A DNA stretch of 64,000 nucleotides, taken from contig CM082586.2 in NCBI GenBank assembly GCA_040954595.2, positions 11,811,337-11,875,336 of the forward strand, given 5' to 3'. Positions 11,574-24,840 of the stretch are shown in pieces (position 1 is the first letter of the stretch; each line of letters starts with the position of its first letter). Origin of the DNA: Balanoglossus misakiensis (lineage: Eukaryota > Animalia > Hemichordata). The translations under genes were made by a program, and so were the position numbers. The notes under the pieces were generated by a model. The model ran no database searches, had not been told where the DNA came from, and saw only the letters and a list, made by a program, of their open reading frames with translations.

Positions 11574-14500
11574 TCAGCTGAGAGAGAGGAACTCCTCTCG
11601 TGTTTTCATTGCACAATAAATAAAGGATGCTAAATTATTTAAATATGTCACATTTTTGGTTCTCAACAGATATGTAAACTTATCAAATGAAGGATTTACA
11701 TAAAGCCAGTTTGGCAGCATTTCCTTTCGAAGGTTAATATACATTGGACAAATGGAAATAAAATGAAATTCATCTTCAATACAATGATTGTTGTTCTTCA
11801 AACAAAATTTACAGAGCCTTTCATCTAGGGGAATATTTTCGTGGCGACCTTTCTCGATTTCCAGGGCATGTGAAGAGCAGCGGAATCTGGATAAAGCATT
11901 TCTGAATTTAAGAATATTGATACTACTGAGATATGTTTCTGGTTCAAGCATTGATTTGAATGTGTGATACGTGCGTAACTTTGGAGATGAATGTATCCCT
12001 TCATACCAGTTCTGCCTGGCGCAATCTTCAAGTCTCTGTGTAAAGACAGATAAAAACAAACTTGTGGAACCGACACCCTGGTTTAACCATACATGGCCAA
12101 ATCCAAATTGACAAAGTAGGGTTTTGATATTAAAGGCCCAGTTAATTGATGGTATACCACGTTCTTCGGATAATCTACACAACATTACATAGCATTTATA
12201 AGGATATCTGCTAGAGTCCATCTGCAAAATCTTTAACCAATACTTCACACAACTTTTAAAATACATTACACTTAGTGAAAATCTACCACATTCACCAGTT
12301 GCAGCTAAATCATTTGTTTTTCTGCTTACATTTAAAAGAAATTTACAAAACTGATAATGAACTTGTTCGACCTGAGGAGAATGCTCCCAGCCCCAAATTT
12401 CGCTGCCATACAAGAGAATTGGAGTGACATAAGTGTCAAAAAGTTTAAAAGAATCGGACAATGACAGTCCACCCAGCCTTCTCAATACAGTTTTCAATTG
12501 AAACATAGCTTTTCTTCCTTGTGAGGCTTGATTTCTCTTAGTTGGGCTCCAACTAAGTCTGGACGAGAAAACCAAACCTAAATATTTGTAATATGGAACA
12601 ACTTCAATTTGTCTGTTACCCAGGAACCATTTTTCGTTATTTTTAAGGGGACCTCCTCTACGGAACACTATAATTTGAGTCTTATTTAAGTTAACACTCA
12701 ACCCCCAATGAGAACACAAACGCTTAAGCTGATCAATTTGTCTCTGGGTGCGAATGGCAACATCCGATCCTTCAGCAATATCGTCTGCGTACATCAGAAT
12801 ATTGAGGTTCTTGGCTTCCTCATCTATATACACACCTTCGCAACCAAACTTATTTGAATACTCAACAAGATCATTAATGAATAAGGTGAACAATGTAGGG
12901 CTTAGCATACATCCTTGACGTGTTCCAATGGTACACTCAAAATAATCGGTTAAACCGACTGAAGTATTTACACAAGATTGTAAGTTACTATACATTGATC
13001 TTAAAACAGAAAGAACATTTCCATGAATGCCATATCTAATCAATTTATCCCACAGTAAGTCATGCTGAACAGAATCAAAGGCCTTTGAAAAGTCTATGAA
13101 AATACAATAAAATCTTCCTTTTCGCACAGTCAAATGTTTTGCTACAATGGCTTGGAGGGTGAAAATATTATCGATGGTACTATAGCCATGCCGAAAGCCG
13201 GCCTGGGCTTCTGAAATAATTTTATTTTGTTGGCACCATTTTTGCAAACGAAAGTTCAAAGTTTTGGTAAAAATTTTACTAAGTACAGAAAGCAGGGAAA
13301 TGCCTCTATAATTATTTACATCACTTAAACTTCCCTTTTTGTGAAGTGGTGCAATAATGGCTTTACTCCAACTGATTGGGAAGCTACCATTAGAGAAAAT
13401 GTTGTTGAATAAAAGATGTAAAACACTGCTTAAACGTGGCCAGCTATACTTAAGTAATTCAATGACAAGACCGTCATGACCAGGTGATTTTCCATTTGGC
13501 ATGCAGCTGATAGCTTTCTCAGTTTCCCTCATAGAAATAACTGCATTAAGGTCATGGGGAACATTTTCAAGACAGTCTATACAATGCTGATCATGAATTT
13601 CCATTCTGTCAGCGACTGCTTCATGGAAAGCAGTGTCTGTATTAGCGCAATTTGAACTGTTAAGCAGTGAGCGAAAATGGTTGTGCCACTGATCTGTTGA
13701 AATAACAACATTAGACGAAACAGTACGTCTCAGATTGCGTAAATACCCCCAAAACTTGATTGGGTCGTTCCTCGCCCCCAACAGTTCACGTTTTTGTTTC
13801 TGCTGAAACAACAATTTCTTCTGCTTGCAAATGGCTTTAAATTTGTTCTTTGCGATATGATATAAACACAAATCATTATTACTATTCGTAAGTCTGAATA
13901 TATTAAGGAGTCTATACTTTTCATTTTTGGCGCGTCCACAGTCTGCATCCCACCAAACGGATTGTGCACGATGACGAGTGCCAGATTTGTTCTTGACTTT
14001 CATTTCTGAGGCCGCATAATCGAAGATGTCACTTATGGTCTGAATAGCTAGATCAGAACTGTCATTTGCAATATGGTCGCACACACTTGTAAGAAGTTGA
14101 CACACATGGCGATCTTCCATTTTCAGCTGGAACACGTCTGAGTACGTAGGATTCCATTTGAAGCGTTGCCTAGGTTGAGTATTGCACACAAAATCTATTT
14201 TTTTCTGGTACAGTGTACTGAATGTCAGTAAATTTACAACAAATAGGAAAATGGTCAGATATATCAATGGGTACACTTGAAAAATCTTCAACAAGTGAAA
14301 ACATTTCTGAAGACAAGATTACATAATCTATAACGCTAGCCCCATTGTTTGAAATACAGGTGTAATTGCCTTCTCTGTCACCAGGGAAGCGTCCATTCAC
14401 AATATGCAAATCAACTTGTTTACATAGTTCTAACAGCTGCCTTCCAAATAAATTGACACGTTTATCCTTCGAACTACGTGGTAAATCAAAGATGTCAGGT

Positions 14501-15072
14501 TCATAGCCCAGTTGTAAATACACGTCATTGTCTTGTACTATATAATCATGTAAATCACCAGTGCGGGCGTTAAAATCGCCAGCTACTATTAAATAAAAAT
14601 TATTGAACTTGGCATATGCTTCGGCAATGATATGCTCAATGTTTTCAATGCCATCCAGCGACTCATGTAAATATATTGATGAACTTTCTGGAGGCACGTA
14701 TACTGCACACAACAAAACATCTCTATCCAGACCAAAAACAGTTTTATCAAAGATAACCAAAACAGCATTTTTAGAGTGCTTAAGCACTCTTTTAACGTAT
14801 GGAGCTAAGTGATCAATAATGAAAATTGATGCGCCACCGGAGTGTCTCCCAAAACGACTATGTTTAGCATTAAATGTAGAAAAACATTTATACCCAACCA
14901 CTGCATTATCAAATTCACTTTCAAATTTTGCCCAGGTTTCATTTAGACATATTACAGGGTATTTATTTAAAAGTTCTATGAAGTCTGTATTCTTCAAGTG
15001 TTTGCGTAAGCCTTGAACATTCCATGAGAGAATAGCTAGCGATTTTTTGTGATGGTGGGCCCGGCCAAATTC
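11574..15072 (-). CDS. LINE ORF2: apurinic-like endonuclease + reverse transcriptase + C-terminal CCHC; one frameshift near 14200
   Basis: APE motifs SWNVQGL, CLNETW, AGDFNARTG, SVIDY, SDHFP; RT motifs KSPGHDG, NYRGISLL, FIDFSKAFDSV, GTRQGCMLSP, YADD, YKYLG; C-terminal RLCKFC..EDEFHF..CP. Confidence 0.93.
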
Positions 15073-16012
15073 CTATGCTCGGTGGCTTTCTTCAGAAATG
15101 TCTCTATACGCGCGACTGTCTTCGTCGTAGGTGTATACATTCTTACCATGTTCGGTGGTGACAATAAGTTTGTCATAACTCAATCTTGCTTTCGCCGTCC
15201 CGTCCAGAGTGAGAACTTCTCGCCTCTTGACCAACAACTTGTTCCGGATTGTCCTCATTCTTGGTGAGAAGTCTTCGTCTATACTGATCGACGTTCCTTT
15301 CAGTTTGTAGGCACTGCGTAGTACAAGATCCTTGTCTTTAAAGAACGAGAACATGGCAACAATCAAGGGTGCTCCACGGACTGAGGTACCTGCAATTCTA
15401 TGCACTCGTTCGAATATTATGTCCTTGGCTATGCCTAGTTTGTCTTTGATCAGATCTTTCACAATATTCTCGGAGGTCTCCCAATCTTCGCGGGTGTCTT
15501 CTTGAGCAATGCCTCGGAATACAAGATTACATCTCCGGCTTCTATTGTCTCTGTCATCTCCTTGCTTTCGTAGTGTTTTTACTTCCTTCTTTAGTTCTTT
15601 AAACTCGTCCGTACATTCCTTAATTCCATCCAGTGAGTGTTCAACAGCATCAATTCGCTGCGCATTTGCAATTGTGGTCTCACGTATGGCATGTAGCGTG
15701 TCTTCAATATTATCCATGCGAGTTTCTAAGGCAGCGAAACGGCGTTTCAGTTCTTTGGAGTCGTTTTTTTAGTTCCGATAATGAACTTATAATTGTATCT
15801 ACGTCACTTCTTGTAATTTGTGACCGTGTATCAGGTCCGGGGTTTAGTTCTACGTTGCCACTCATGAACAATAGCATGAGAATGAGCCGGAGAGACGTGG
15901 CCGGTCCTGCGTAATTAGTATGCAGAAGTAAGACAAAAGGACTCCATGTTGTTTTCTGAGCACCAGTAAAGCCACCAATTCTTGCTCGATAAGCCTCCAA
16001 CGAGATGCCCAT
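15073..16012 (-). CDS. LINE ORF1: N-terminal 2A-like peptide, coiled coil and L1-type RRM-like domain; one frameshift near 15767
   Basis: LLFMSGNVELNPGP; NRSRRCNLVFRGI, FERVHRI, PLIVAMF..KDK..VL, ISIDEDFS; ORFs 15710..16012 and 15073..15717 join if one A is removed from an A7 run. Confidence 0.85.
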
Positions 16013-16981
16013 GATTGAGGCAGTTCCGTGAGACGTATGACAAAGTACTTACAAAAGTCCAGAAGAAGTTTGGGTGGTAAAGACTGTTTTCAACCGGACA
16101 AAAACTTCGTGCAGAACAGGAGTGACACGTAGCCGATGGTGCATCAACGAAGCGCCCTCTCTCCCTATAATACATACAATCATGGGACAAGAATGGCAAC
16201 AGTTAAATTATCCAGCAGGTGTTTGAATTATGCAAATTAGAGCAGTTGTCTAATATTGCCATGTCAACCATGTTGAAATTGTTTTAGGTACCCATATTAA
16301 TGAAAACCCTGCAAATTCGATATTACACACCATTTAAGACAAATATGGGAAATCAACATGTTAGAGAAATTTGGCGGCCATTTTGGATTATGCAAATTAG
16401 AACAGTTGTCTAATATTGCCATGTCAACCATGTTGAAATTGTTTTAGGTACCCAGGAGAGTTGAATGAAAATGCCATTTGCAATGCAGTTGTCTTGTTTT
16501 GGGTGCCCATATTAAGGCATTCTTGAAAACGAAACATTATTCATCATTTTGATGCAAACAGAAAAGGTGTTCAAATGCAAATTAGAAGAGTTGCCCAACC
16601 CTGCCATATTTGCAATACAGTTGTAGTGACTGTCAACTCGACTACTGACAGTCTCGATGAACACAAGACATGATCCCAATTTGCAAGCTGAGTTGAAACT
16701 GACTGCTGCAGTAACTTAGCTGTGGGAATGTCTTGTGTGATTTAAAACAATGATGACCAAATTTAACACAGTTTCTCTGAGGTAACCATTTAGCTTTCAT
16801 GACTAAGTTTGTTTAAGAATCCTTTATTCTACCCAAGGAACAAATTTCCTTAGAATTTCACAACTGAGACACAGTTTACAGATATACAAAAAGTGCGTAC
16901 TACAAACATAAGAAATTGTTTGCATTTTTTTTCTGATGGCAATGCATTTGACTGTAAACAGACATTGACGTCCTTTAGTAA

Positions 16982-17807
16982 GGGACTGTTCAGTTTTGGT
17001 GGAGGGGGGGGGGCCAAAAGTTTGTGTCATTGGTTTTCAAAATCAGGCCGACACCCCCTTCAACCAGGACCAAAAAAATGATGACCCCCCCCCCCCTTTG
17101 ACAGGACCAAAATATGATGACCCTCCTCCCACCCCGAAAACATTCGCCATCCTTATCTTATGTACACTGACTGTATGCAATAAAGGTAAAGGGTCTCCTC
17201 ACACCTCAATTCTAAATTTCTTAAAGAAATTTATAATTTGAAGTGTATAATAGTATAGCGTTGCAATAAAGAAGGTCTATGGATAAATTAAAAGGACACG
17301 TCAATACAATAGTTGGTAGAATTGGTAAAACAAGAAAAGTGGAAGGGGTGGGTGTACGTAGGACAATTTTGTAAAATACAATTAATGCATTTCAATGAAC
17401 TCAAAGGCAAATTAACTTAATGTTGGGGAGGACAAATTTGACTTTTGCCACTCAAAGTTAACATCAGTGGGGGTGGGATGGCAAGTATTCTGCCCTGGTA
17501 CACTATATGTGGCGAAGAAATAAGGGGATGGGTGTGGGAGGGGATGTCCCCCTTCCACATAAGAAAACTTTGTAAAATATGTAGCTCAAAGTTGCATTTT
17601 AATGAAGTCAAAAGCAAATTATCTCAATGTTTGAAAGGACCAATTTTACTGTTGCCACTCCACTCAAAGTTAGCATCGGTGGGTACATGTATATGACCTC
17701 CCCCCTAAACGTTTGAAAAAAAGATGACTCCCTCTTTTGGATTTCAAAATTTAAGTGACCCCCTGGATTTTGCCAGCCTCCCCCCACCGTAAAAACTGAA
17801 TGGTCCC
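16982..17807. mobile_element. PIF/Harbinger-type MITE
   Basis: TIRs GGGACTGTTCAGTTTT / AAAACTGAATGGTCCC, TAA on both sides, absent from the homologous sites near 25590, 33945 and 41270. Confidence 0.85.
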
Positions 17808-18859
17808 TAAGCGCTATTTTGTCAGTGAAATGGCTCCATTATTATCCCTCCAACCATAGTTGAAACGGAGTTAAATATGTACAGCTTGAAATCATAAAAT
17901 GTTGCAAAATTGAACCAAGAGTTTGGTCAATGATCAAGTTCTTACAGCTATTACTAGAACCATACAGTCTCAGCGAACAAGAGACATTGGTCCGATTTGC
18001 AAGCCGAGTTGGAACTGACTTTGCCTGCACACAGATGTGCCAATTTCAGCGAATCTTATCGTATTTAAAAATGAATATGGAGAATTGTTATCTGTGTTCC
18101 TATTGCTAGCCTACATACATGTAGCTGTTGTCATTCTAGTGTTTTTTTTTCTGTATACCAAAATTGCCACACTGTTTGAGATACTTTTATCAAATGTTAT
18201 GTGATACTATATCAGCCTGTTTTGGGGATCTTGACAATGACATATATTAGACTTTTCATACACAGCATGAGGTAGAATTTCAGAAACGATTAGGTAATAA
18301 GACTGCATATCTCATAGGAAATAATCACTTTAGAAGTATTACGATAAAAAAAATCATTTCACTCTTATTGGGAGCATACATTTGTAAAACATACATACAG
18401 ACATGAATACAGACATAGAGAGATCAAGGTGTATACGATTTTCAGTGGGGGAGGGGTCCTCCTTAATTGCAAACAACTATGTAATGGTAATTTCCCTTTT
18501 ATAATAACAATTTTTGAGGTATAAGGAAAAAATATCAAACAAAATAAACAAAAAAACTAATTCAGCTATGATTTGATTCAATTATCATTCTAAAGAAGCA
18601 CATATCATTAACTCACAACTAAACTTTTAAAGTGATCAACCATGCACTTTCTGAGAATTTTTTTTATGCCCCCAAAATACAATGTTTTCATTTTCAGAAC
18701 ATTTATGATATATCACAGTAAAAAAATCCCCTGGAAACTGCAAAACAAAAAATTGCAAAGCAATCAAACAAAAATGGCAAAAATTGTCCACAAAAACTAT
18801 ATTGACACTTCCATCATAGGATTTGTTAAAATGTCGTGATAACACACCTAGGAACCTGC

Positions 18860-21210
18860 AAACCAAATTTCAAAGAACTGTGAGTAGAGGTTTTTGAGTA
18901 TTTGACCAAAATCACCCCAAAAATATACTTCAAACCAGATATTAACTGAATATGCTCACGTGCAGTACTGTGATTGGTTGACAGAATAACAAGATTAGAA
19001 AAACCAGTGTTAAACCAATTTGGTTTATAGTGTATATGGTGTAAGGGTTGTGTGTTGCACCATTGTGAAATGTAAACATGTTTGTGGAATTGTTGCCTTG
19101 TCAATTTTTGTAAGGGGTTATGAGTCATGTACCCCATCCTGAACTGCATAAAAAGATAAGTCTATGGAATTCTAAAACTCGTTGATCAAAAATGGCAAGA
19201 AATATACCAAAAAGTATGAATATTTCACCAGATTTCAACAAATCTGATTTCTGTTCATGCCTAAGAACCTCTTTAACAAGTTTCAATAAGGAAGACATTT
19301 TGGCAAACAACAGGTAATTCAGACAAATCTGACTGATATCACATATATGAATTCCCATTCAAAGTTTCCAATCAATTGGACTTGTGGTTTTACTGAAGAC
19401 TATTTGGCCAAACCCTGCAGAATTCCCAAAAAATACAATTATGCAAATTTCTTTACAATTTGATCATATCTGACTGAGATCACCCCTAGAAACCCAAATA
19501 CAAAGTATCAAAACAATTGCACTTACAGTTTCACGGGATTTGATTTTTTGACAAAAACAGGAAATATTGCCCAAAAATGCATTTTTGCAAATTTCACCAC
19601 CGTTTGCACAAATGTGATTCAGGTAAGCCCTATGAACCTCCATACCAAGTTTCCAATCAATTGGACATGTAATTTCAGAGAAGAATTTTTTTTTACAAAA
19701 CTGCAGAAAATTCCCCCAAAATTCATAAAAAATAGCAAACGCCAGATACTGACTCCACCTGAACAAAATCATACGAGGTCTTCCCATAGTACTTGCACAC
19801 CAATGCACGCCAATTTTTAACTGAATCTGATCCGCTGTTATTAAGTTTTTCAATTTTGACTATTTGAACATTTTTCCAGTTAATACCAGTATGCATTTTT
19901 TCGCAATAACAATTTCTATGTACACACTAAATATCAGTAGTTTCAAGTTTTTGATGTTGATGGACATACACATACATACATCAATACATTTAGACGAAAC
20001 TGATCCATTCGCAAAATACATAATTCTGTATGAGGCACACATACAGACATACATAGACGACGGACACCAACTTATGCTATAAGCTGACATTGATATACAT
20101 GTTAGCCAAAAACCAAAATCAACCTCAAAATAGACATTAAAATATATTGCACCACCATGAGAAGACAAATTCATTTTTCGACAAATTTTCTGGGGCGTCA
20201 TTGATATAGCATGGCATATTGTCAAAGTACGTAGTCTCTGTGATAAGATTCCATACACACAAAATGGTAACCTTGGAAGTCCAGCTGACGTAGTTATGCA
20301 ATGGCGTCTCGTGTATTCCGTCGCCAAAAAATCATCGTAAAATTGATAGTCGGGGTCACAATTCAAGACGACTTTCTCTAAATTCTTTATGAATGGATTA
20401 AATCGAAATCGAAATGTTGACGTATGACGTACGGAATGAGATCTGAACAGACATTCAATGTTATCATTCTCGCTCGATCACATATTGGGTAAGCCATCTA
20501 GCAATCGCTATATAGTATTGGCGATAACAGACTGTCTATAAACTCACAAAACGGATTTTACTGTTGAGTGTGATCAACCGCCACGTTATTTTTCTCTAAA
20601 CAATAGACAAATAGAAAGCCTGGTGACATTTTGAGATTGACTGCGTGAGGACCACAATATGCGTGAATCATTTACGGTTTGTCTTGATGAATGGGTCACG
20701 TCATAGTCATAACGCGGATTCGGCTGCACGCCAACTATCCGCCATATTGTCTCCACTAACTTACTCGTAAGTAGTTTCAAACTTCATTTGAAAAGAGTAT
20801 TCGTCTGACGGTCCTGTAGATTAACAATTTACGCTCTATGAAGCAACTAAACAACGTTAGCTTCCTTGTGGATTCACGTAGGGAAGTTATTCGTAACGAC
20901 GGGTACAACGTCTGAGCATGGACAGAACCACGGCAATATCGCCAGGAATGTCTCATTTCACAGCGTCCTCAAACAGTCGATCTCCTCAAACTATCGTTTC
21001 CACTGGTCATATATGCGGCATTAACGAAAGCTCACATAGACAACCATGTAATAGAAAAATTAAAACTTAAATAACTTCATTAATATCAAAGCCACACCCA
21101 CCAAAACCTTTTCAGTTCTTGCCATATGATATCTGAACCTGTGTACTAAATTTGGTTGAAATCGGTTCAGCCGTTCTTGAGATATCGGGTATACAGACAG
21201 ACACACACAC

Positions 21211-21241
<31 letters not shown>

Positions 21242-21285
21242 GACATCGCTAAACCATAAGCTCACGTGATTTTCACGTGAGCTAA
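18860..21285 (+). mobile_element. Two successive Helentron-associated (HINE/DINE-1-like) non-autonomous elements, ending near 20110 and 21285
   Basis: Each ends with an (ACAT)n/(AC)n microsatellite, then a stem-loop (AGCTCACGTGATTTTCACGTGAGCT at 21259-21283; GCTGACAT..ATGTTAGC at 20083-20107) and an A-run; left boundaries uncertain. Confidence 0.55.
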
Positions 21286-22049
21286 AAATGAAAAAAAATC
21301 CATGAGGTCTCAAAATGAATACACACCAATTTCTAAAGCAATTTGACCAGTTTCCACCAATTTCACATTGGTCCCAGTGGTAGATAGACATATACGAAAT
21401 GGGAACCAAAGAATAAAACAGATTTCAAAGATTTAACACATCTTTTTCCTCAAGATTGTTTTTCAACTCTTCTCCACATCCTTCAAAATCGCCACCATAA
21501 AGCCATATTACTTGTAGTGCTTATGTTTGTCATATCTAGGTGATGCATACCACTATAGATGTGTACCCTTTGTATAGAGGCAGATTAAACAGGTGTGGTA
21601 CCTGTTAAATATCTGACTTCTTTAAATTACAGCCACAATCGTCTGTCAACAAGATGTTCATGTAGATGTTTACCTAGCAGTAAGCTTATTTAGATTGACA
21701 AATCTTAGATGAAAATAATGAAAAAGTGGCACAACCCTTAGGGCTTTAACTAGCAGCTTTATGCCAGATGAGTTCGAGTCTAACGATGTAATGTTGACAT
21801 TAAGGTTTCATTGAAATAACTTGGGAACCTCTCTACTATTTGAAGCACCAAAGCTGTGAAAAACTTCCTTCTTTCCCTGAGTTTTTTATGAATATGTTCT
21901 AATCTGGGACAAAAAGTTGTTGCCAAGTGTCTTGACCCCTTTACCAAATGTCAGGGACCGGATTTTTTTCAGCAAAATTTCAAATAACCTTGGCTGATTT
22001 TTTACCTACTTTCACATATTTGGTAGCATGAAACAAAGTATGGCTTCCA

Positions 22050-23240
22050 GAAGGGTTATAGATACAGTGTTTTGTAATAACAAGAATTAACATGAAACTA
22101 TAATTTCATGGTTAATTTAGGACCGCCTTAATCTATGGTAACGTCATTAAACATTTGCATATCTAATTGTAGGCTATCCAGTGGAGGGAGAAACCTAAAC
22201 ATGGACAACATTGGCGTCAAAATTGTTTGACAGAACTTTGGGTGACTTTGGGTAAACCTTGACCAACATTACTATATCTTGGCATCCAGAGCAGATGTAA
22301 CCTTGACACTTGGAGTGATGGAAATGCATAATGGAGTATTATGTCTCAGCTAGTCACAGTGCTTTTGCTGTGTTTTATGTCTTTTATTCAGCCAAATTAG
22401 ATGTTTTTTATTACACATTGGCTGTGTTTGCCAGTACTTTTTAGCTGGTCACACTGCCTTAAGACAATGTATTCTCAAAATACCATGCAATCATTATGAA
22501 GCATATACAGCAGACAAAGTTATGGTATGACTGAACTTGCCCTTCTTTGTGACTAAAGCATGACCGGCCTGTCTTAGGTGGCCCCTACCTAGGGGCTTTA
22601 CCCGTCATTGGCTCACAGTCTGAGAAATCAGCTCTGCAGGGAAGTTAACGATGTAACCCACCATTAAAGCTTGGATTTCCGCTTTTTGTATCTGATGCCT
22701 GGCTGAGGCCTTCTTAGGATCTACCCAACGCTGAGTAGGCTATCCCGTCATTGGCACACAGTCTCAGGGAGGGAGTCAAAAGTTCAGTATACCAGCAAAG
22801 CCTTTATATTGTCCATTCTTTTTAAGAGAAGGCTGGCTGCTGTAGAAAAATGTTGATCTCAAATGTATCATGTCCAAAAAAAGGCAGACTTCCAGCCCTA
22901 TTGGTTAGGCTGGCATTAGGTATGTACATAATTAATGAGGCAAGACATAATATTCCATTACATAGTTCCATAACTCCAAGTGTCAAGGATGTATCTGTGC
23001 CGGATGCCAAGATATAGGAATGTAGGTCAAAGTTTACCCAAGATCACCCAAAAGTTTGTCAAAAGATTTTGACCCCAGAGTTGTCCATGTCCAGGTTACC
23101 ACATCCACTAGAATAAGATATGCACATATTTAATGAGGTTACCATAGCTCAAGGGGGTCTTTAATTAACCATCAACATTTAGTTTCATATTAATGCATGT
23201 TAATATAATACACTGTATCTATAACCCTACTGGTAAGCCT
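22050..23240. repeat. Inner inverted repeats (~22050-22348 and ~22940-23240) enclosing a ~600-bp conserved cassette
   Basis: CCTTGACACTTGGAGT at 22301 vs ACTCCAAGTGTCAAGG at 22973; GATACAGTGTT at 22061 vs AACACTGTATC at 23209. Confidence 0.9.
22566..22767 (-). ncRNA. Candidate pair of structured RNA motifs, consensus AGACUGUGnGCCAAUGACGGG-[hairpin]-CCUAAGAnAGGCC (left-arm copy)
   Basis: Two motif copies have conserved flanks and different but pairing central stems (GCCCCUA/UAGGGGC; CUACUCA/UGGGUAG); G-U pairs work only on this strand; almost invariant vs 38726-38927. Confidence 0.4.
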
Positions 23241-23959
23241 AGAATTAGGTACATGCGAAAGTTTTTGACAAGATAGATAAGTTGTAAAATATGTACATGA
23301 ACCTGACAATTGACTTAAAATAACATAAGGCAGACTTGATACTTATCGGAGATAGATACTAATAACAACAGTGATGTTAATTACACCGGGAATGTTTGTC
23401 TTATTATAGCTACATGTAAAAGACTGCTTGAGGTAATGTAATTAAAGTGACCACTTGCGATTCACCTTCAAAGTGCTATGCAAGTCTACGGTACATTGTT
23501 TTTCCAATGATTGGACAAAGGATATTCATAATGTGTAATTAAGGCTGGATAGCATTTTCAATGTAATAAGCCCTGCCTTCACTATAATCTTACGCCAAAT
23601 CAACATTGTTCAGTTTATGTTAATAATTTCACTAAGGGACACTTGTTACATCAAATTTCCCAGCAAGGGGTGTCAGATTATTGGGCAAGTGGCATGCATG
23701 ACACTAGACGATACTTTTGGAAGCAAAGCGGACAGAACACGGCTGGATATAGACTAGGTAATTCTAAATGTGACCATGAACTGTACCACAGACTCTGTAT
23801 TGTATGTTTCTGAAGAATCCCATTTAACCCAGACATCAACATACTTCAACCTTGTAAGAAGTAGAACATACATGATTTACTAGTAAATATTTGCTAGGTT
23901 ATTACACACTTTGGATTACACAAAAATAGGTGTGTACACCGCTGTGACATTGCCAAGCA

Positions 23960-24840
23960 GATATGACCTACCAGGTAACCTAATACAATTTCACAGGAAT
24001 CGGAGTATTTTCAGTGAAAACAACATTTCTTCAACAATGACAAAAACTGCCTCAACCACAAAAATTCAGATATCAACAAATCCAACAATATCTCACTACA
24101 ATCACCACAAGGAACATGCCTACCAAAATTGAAAGCAATTTGACATGCGGTTTCAAAGAATACAAATTGCAAAAATTGCCTCAAGACCACAAATATGCAA
24201 ATTTCACCAAAATGATATACAACATTACTTGGGTTACCTCATGGAACAAGCAAACCAAAATTTAAATGCAACCTGACCTGACATGGAGTTTCAGAGAAAA
24301 TGATTTTTGACCAAAAATGACAAAATTATATTTCCCAAAAATTACAAATTTTGCCACAATTTAAACAATACTAACAAAGATTACCTATAGGAAATAGCAT
24401 ACTAAATTCTAGATACAATTCACGATATTAGCTGAAAGTATATCAGGCGTGACATAAGCTACATGCATACAAATGTTCAAAGCAATCTTACCAATTGTTG
24501 AGTTTCTGAGTTTTGATCAATTTCACATTGCTCCAGGTAATTAGCATATTTCATTTGAACAGGCGTGCCTGCATCTAAAAACCCAATATCAAGACTTACC
24601 ACACAGACTCTGTATTGTATGTTTCTGGAGTAATCAAATAAAACCAATCATGAAAATACTTCAACCTTCTTAATATGAACAAAATCCTATTTACAGGCTG
24701 GCCTGCATCTACACACCAAATATCAAGGGGATACGCGAAGGGGTTTTCAAGTTTTTGATGTGGACAGACATACATACATCCATACATACTACATACACAC
24801 ATACAGAGGCAACTGACTGGTCAGAAGGCATGAGCAAAAA
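23960..24840 (+). mobile_element. HINE/DINE-1-like repeat, mirrored at ~35160-35990
   Basis: AAATATGCAAATTTCAC-type subrepeats shared with 19400-19800; terminal (ACAT)n microsatellite and A-run. Confidence 0.45.

Larger units (their letters stand above)
11506..16165 (-). mobile_element. Near full-length non-LTR retrotransposon (LINE, RTEX-like)
   Basis: ORF1, APE and RT present; 3' end is AATAAA followed by an (ATATC)n tail; candidate TSD TATAA at 11501-11505 and 16166-16170; the empty site is visible in the mirror arm near 42590-42606. Confidence 0.92.

Noticed and set aside
22355-22765. RAG recombination signal sequences (CACAGT)
   Set aside because: No ACAAAAACC-like nonamer at 12/23 spacing and no RAG-like ORF.
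22566-22767. Hammerhead, HDV-like or twister ribozyme, or H/ACA snoRNA
   Set aside because: Catalytic cores or pseudoknot partners not found; on the ACA-bearing strand the stems contain A-C mismatches. A covariance search is still warranted.
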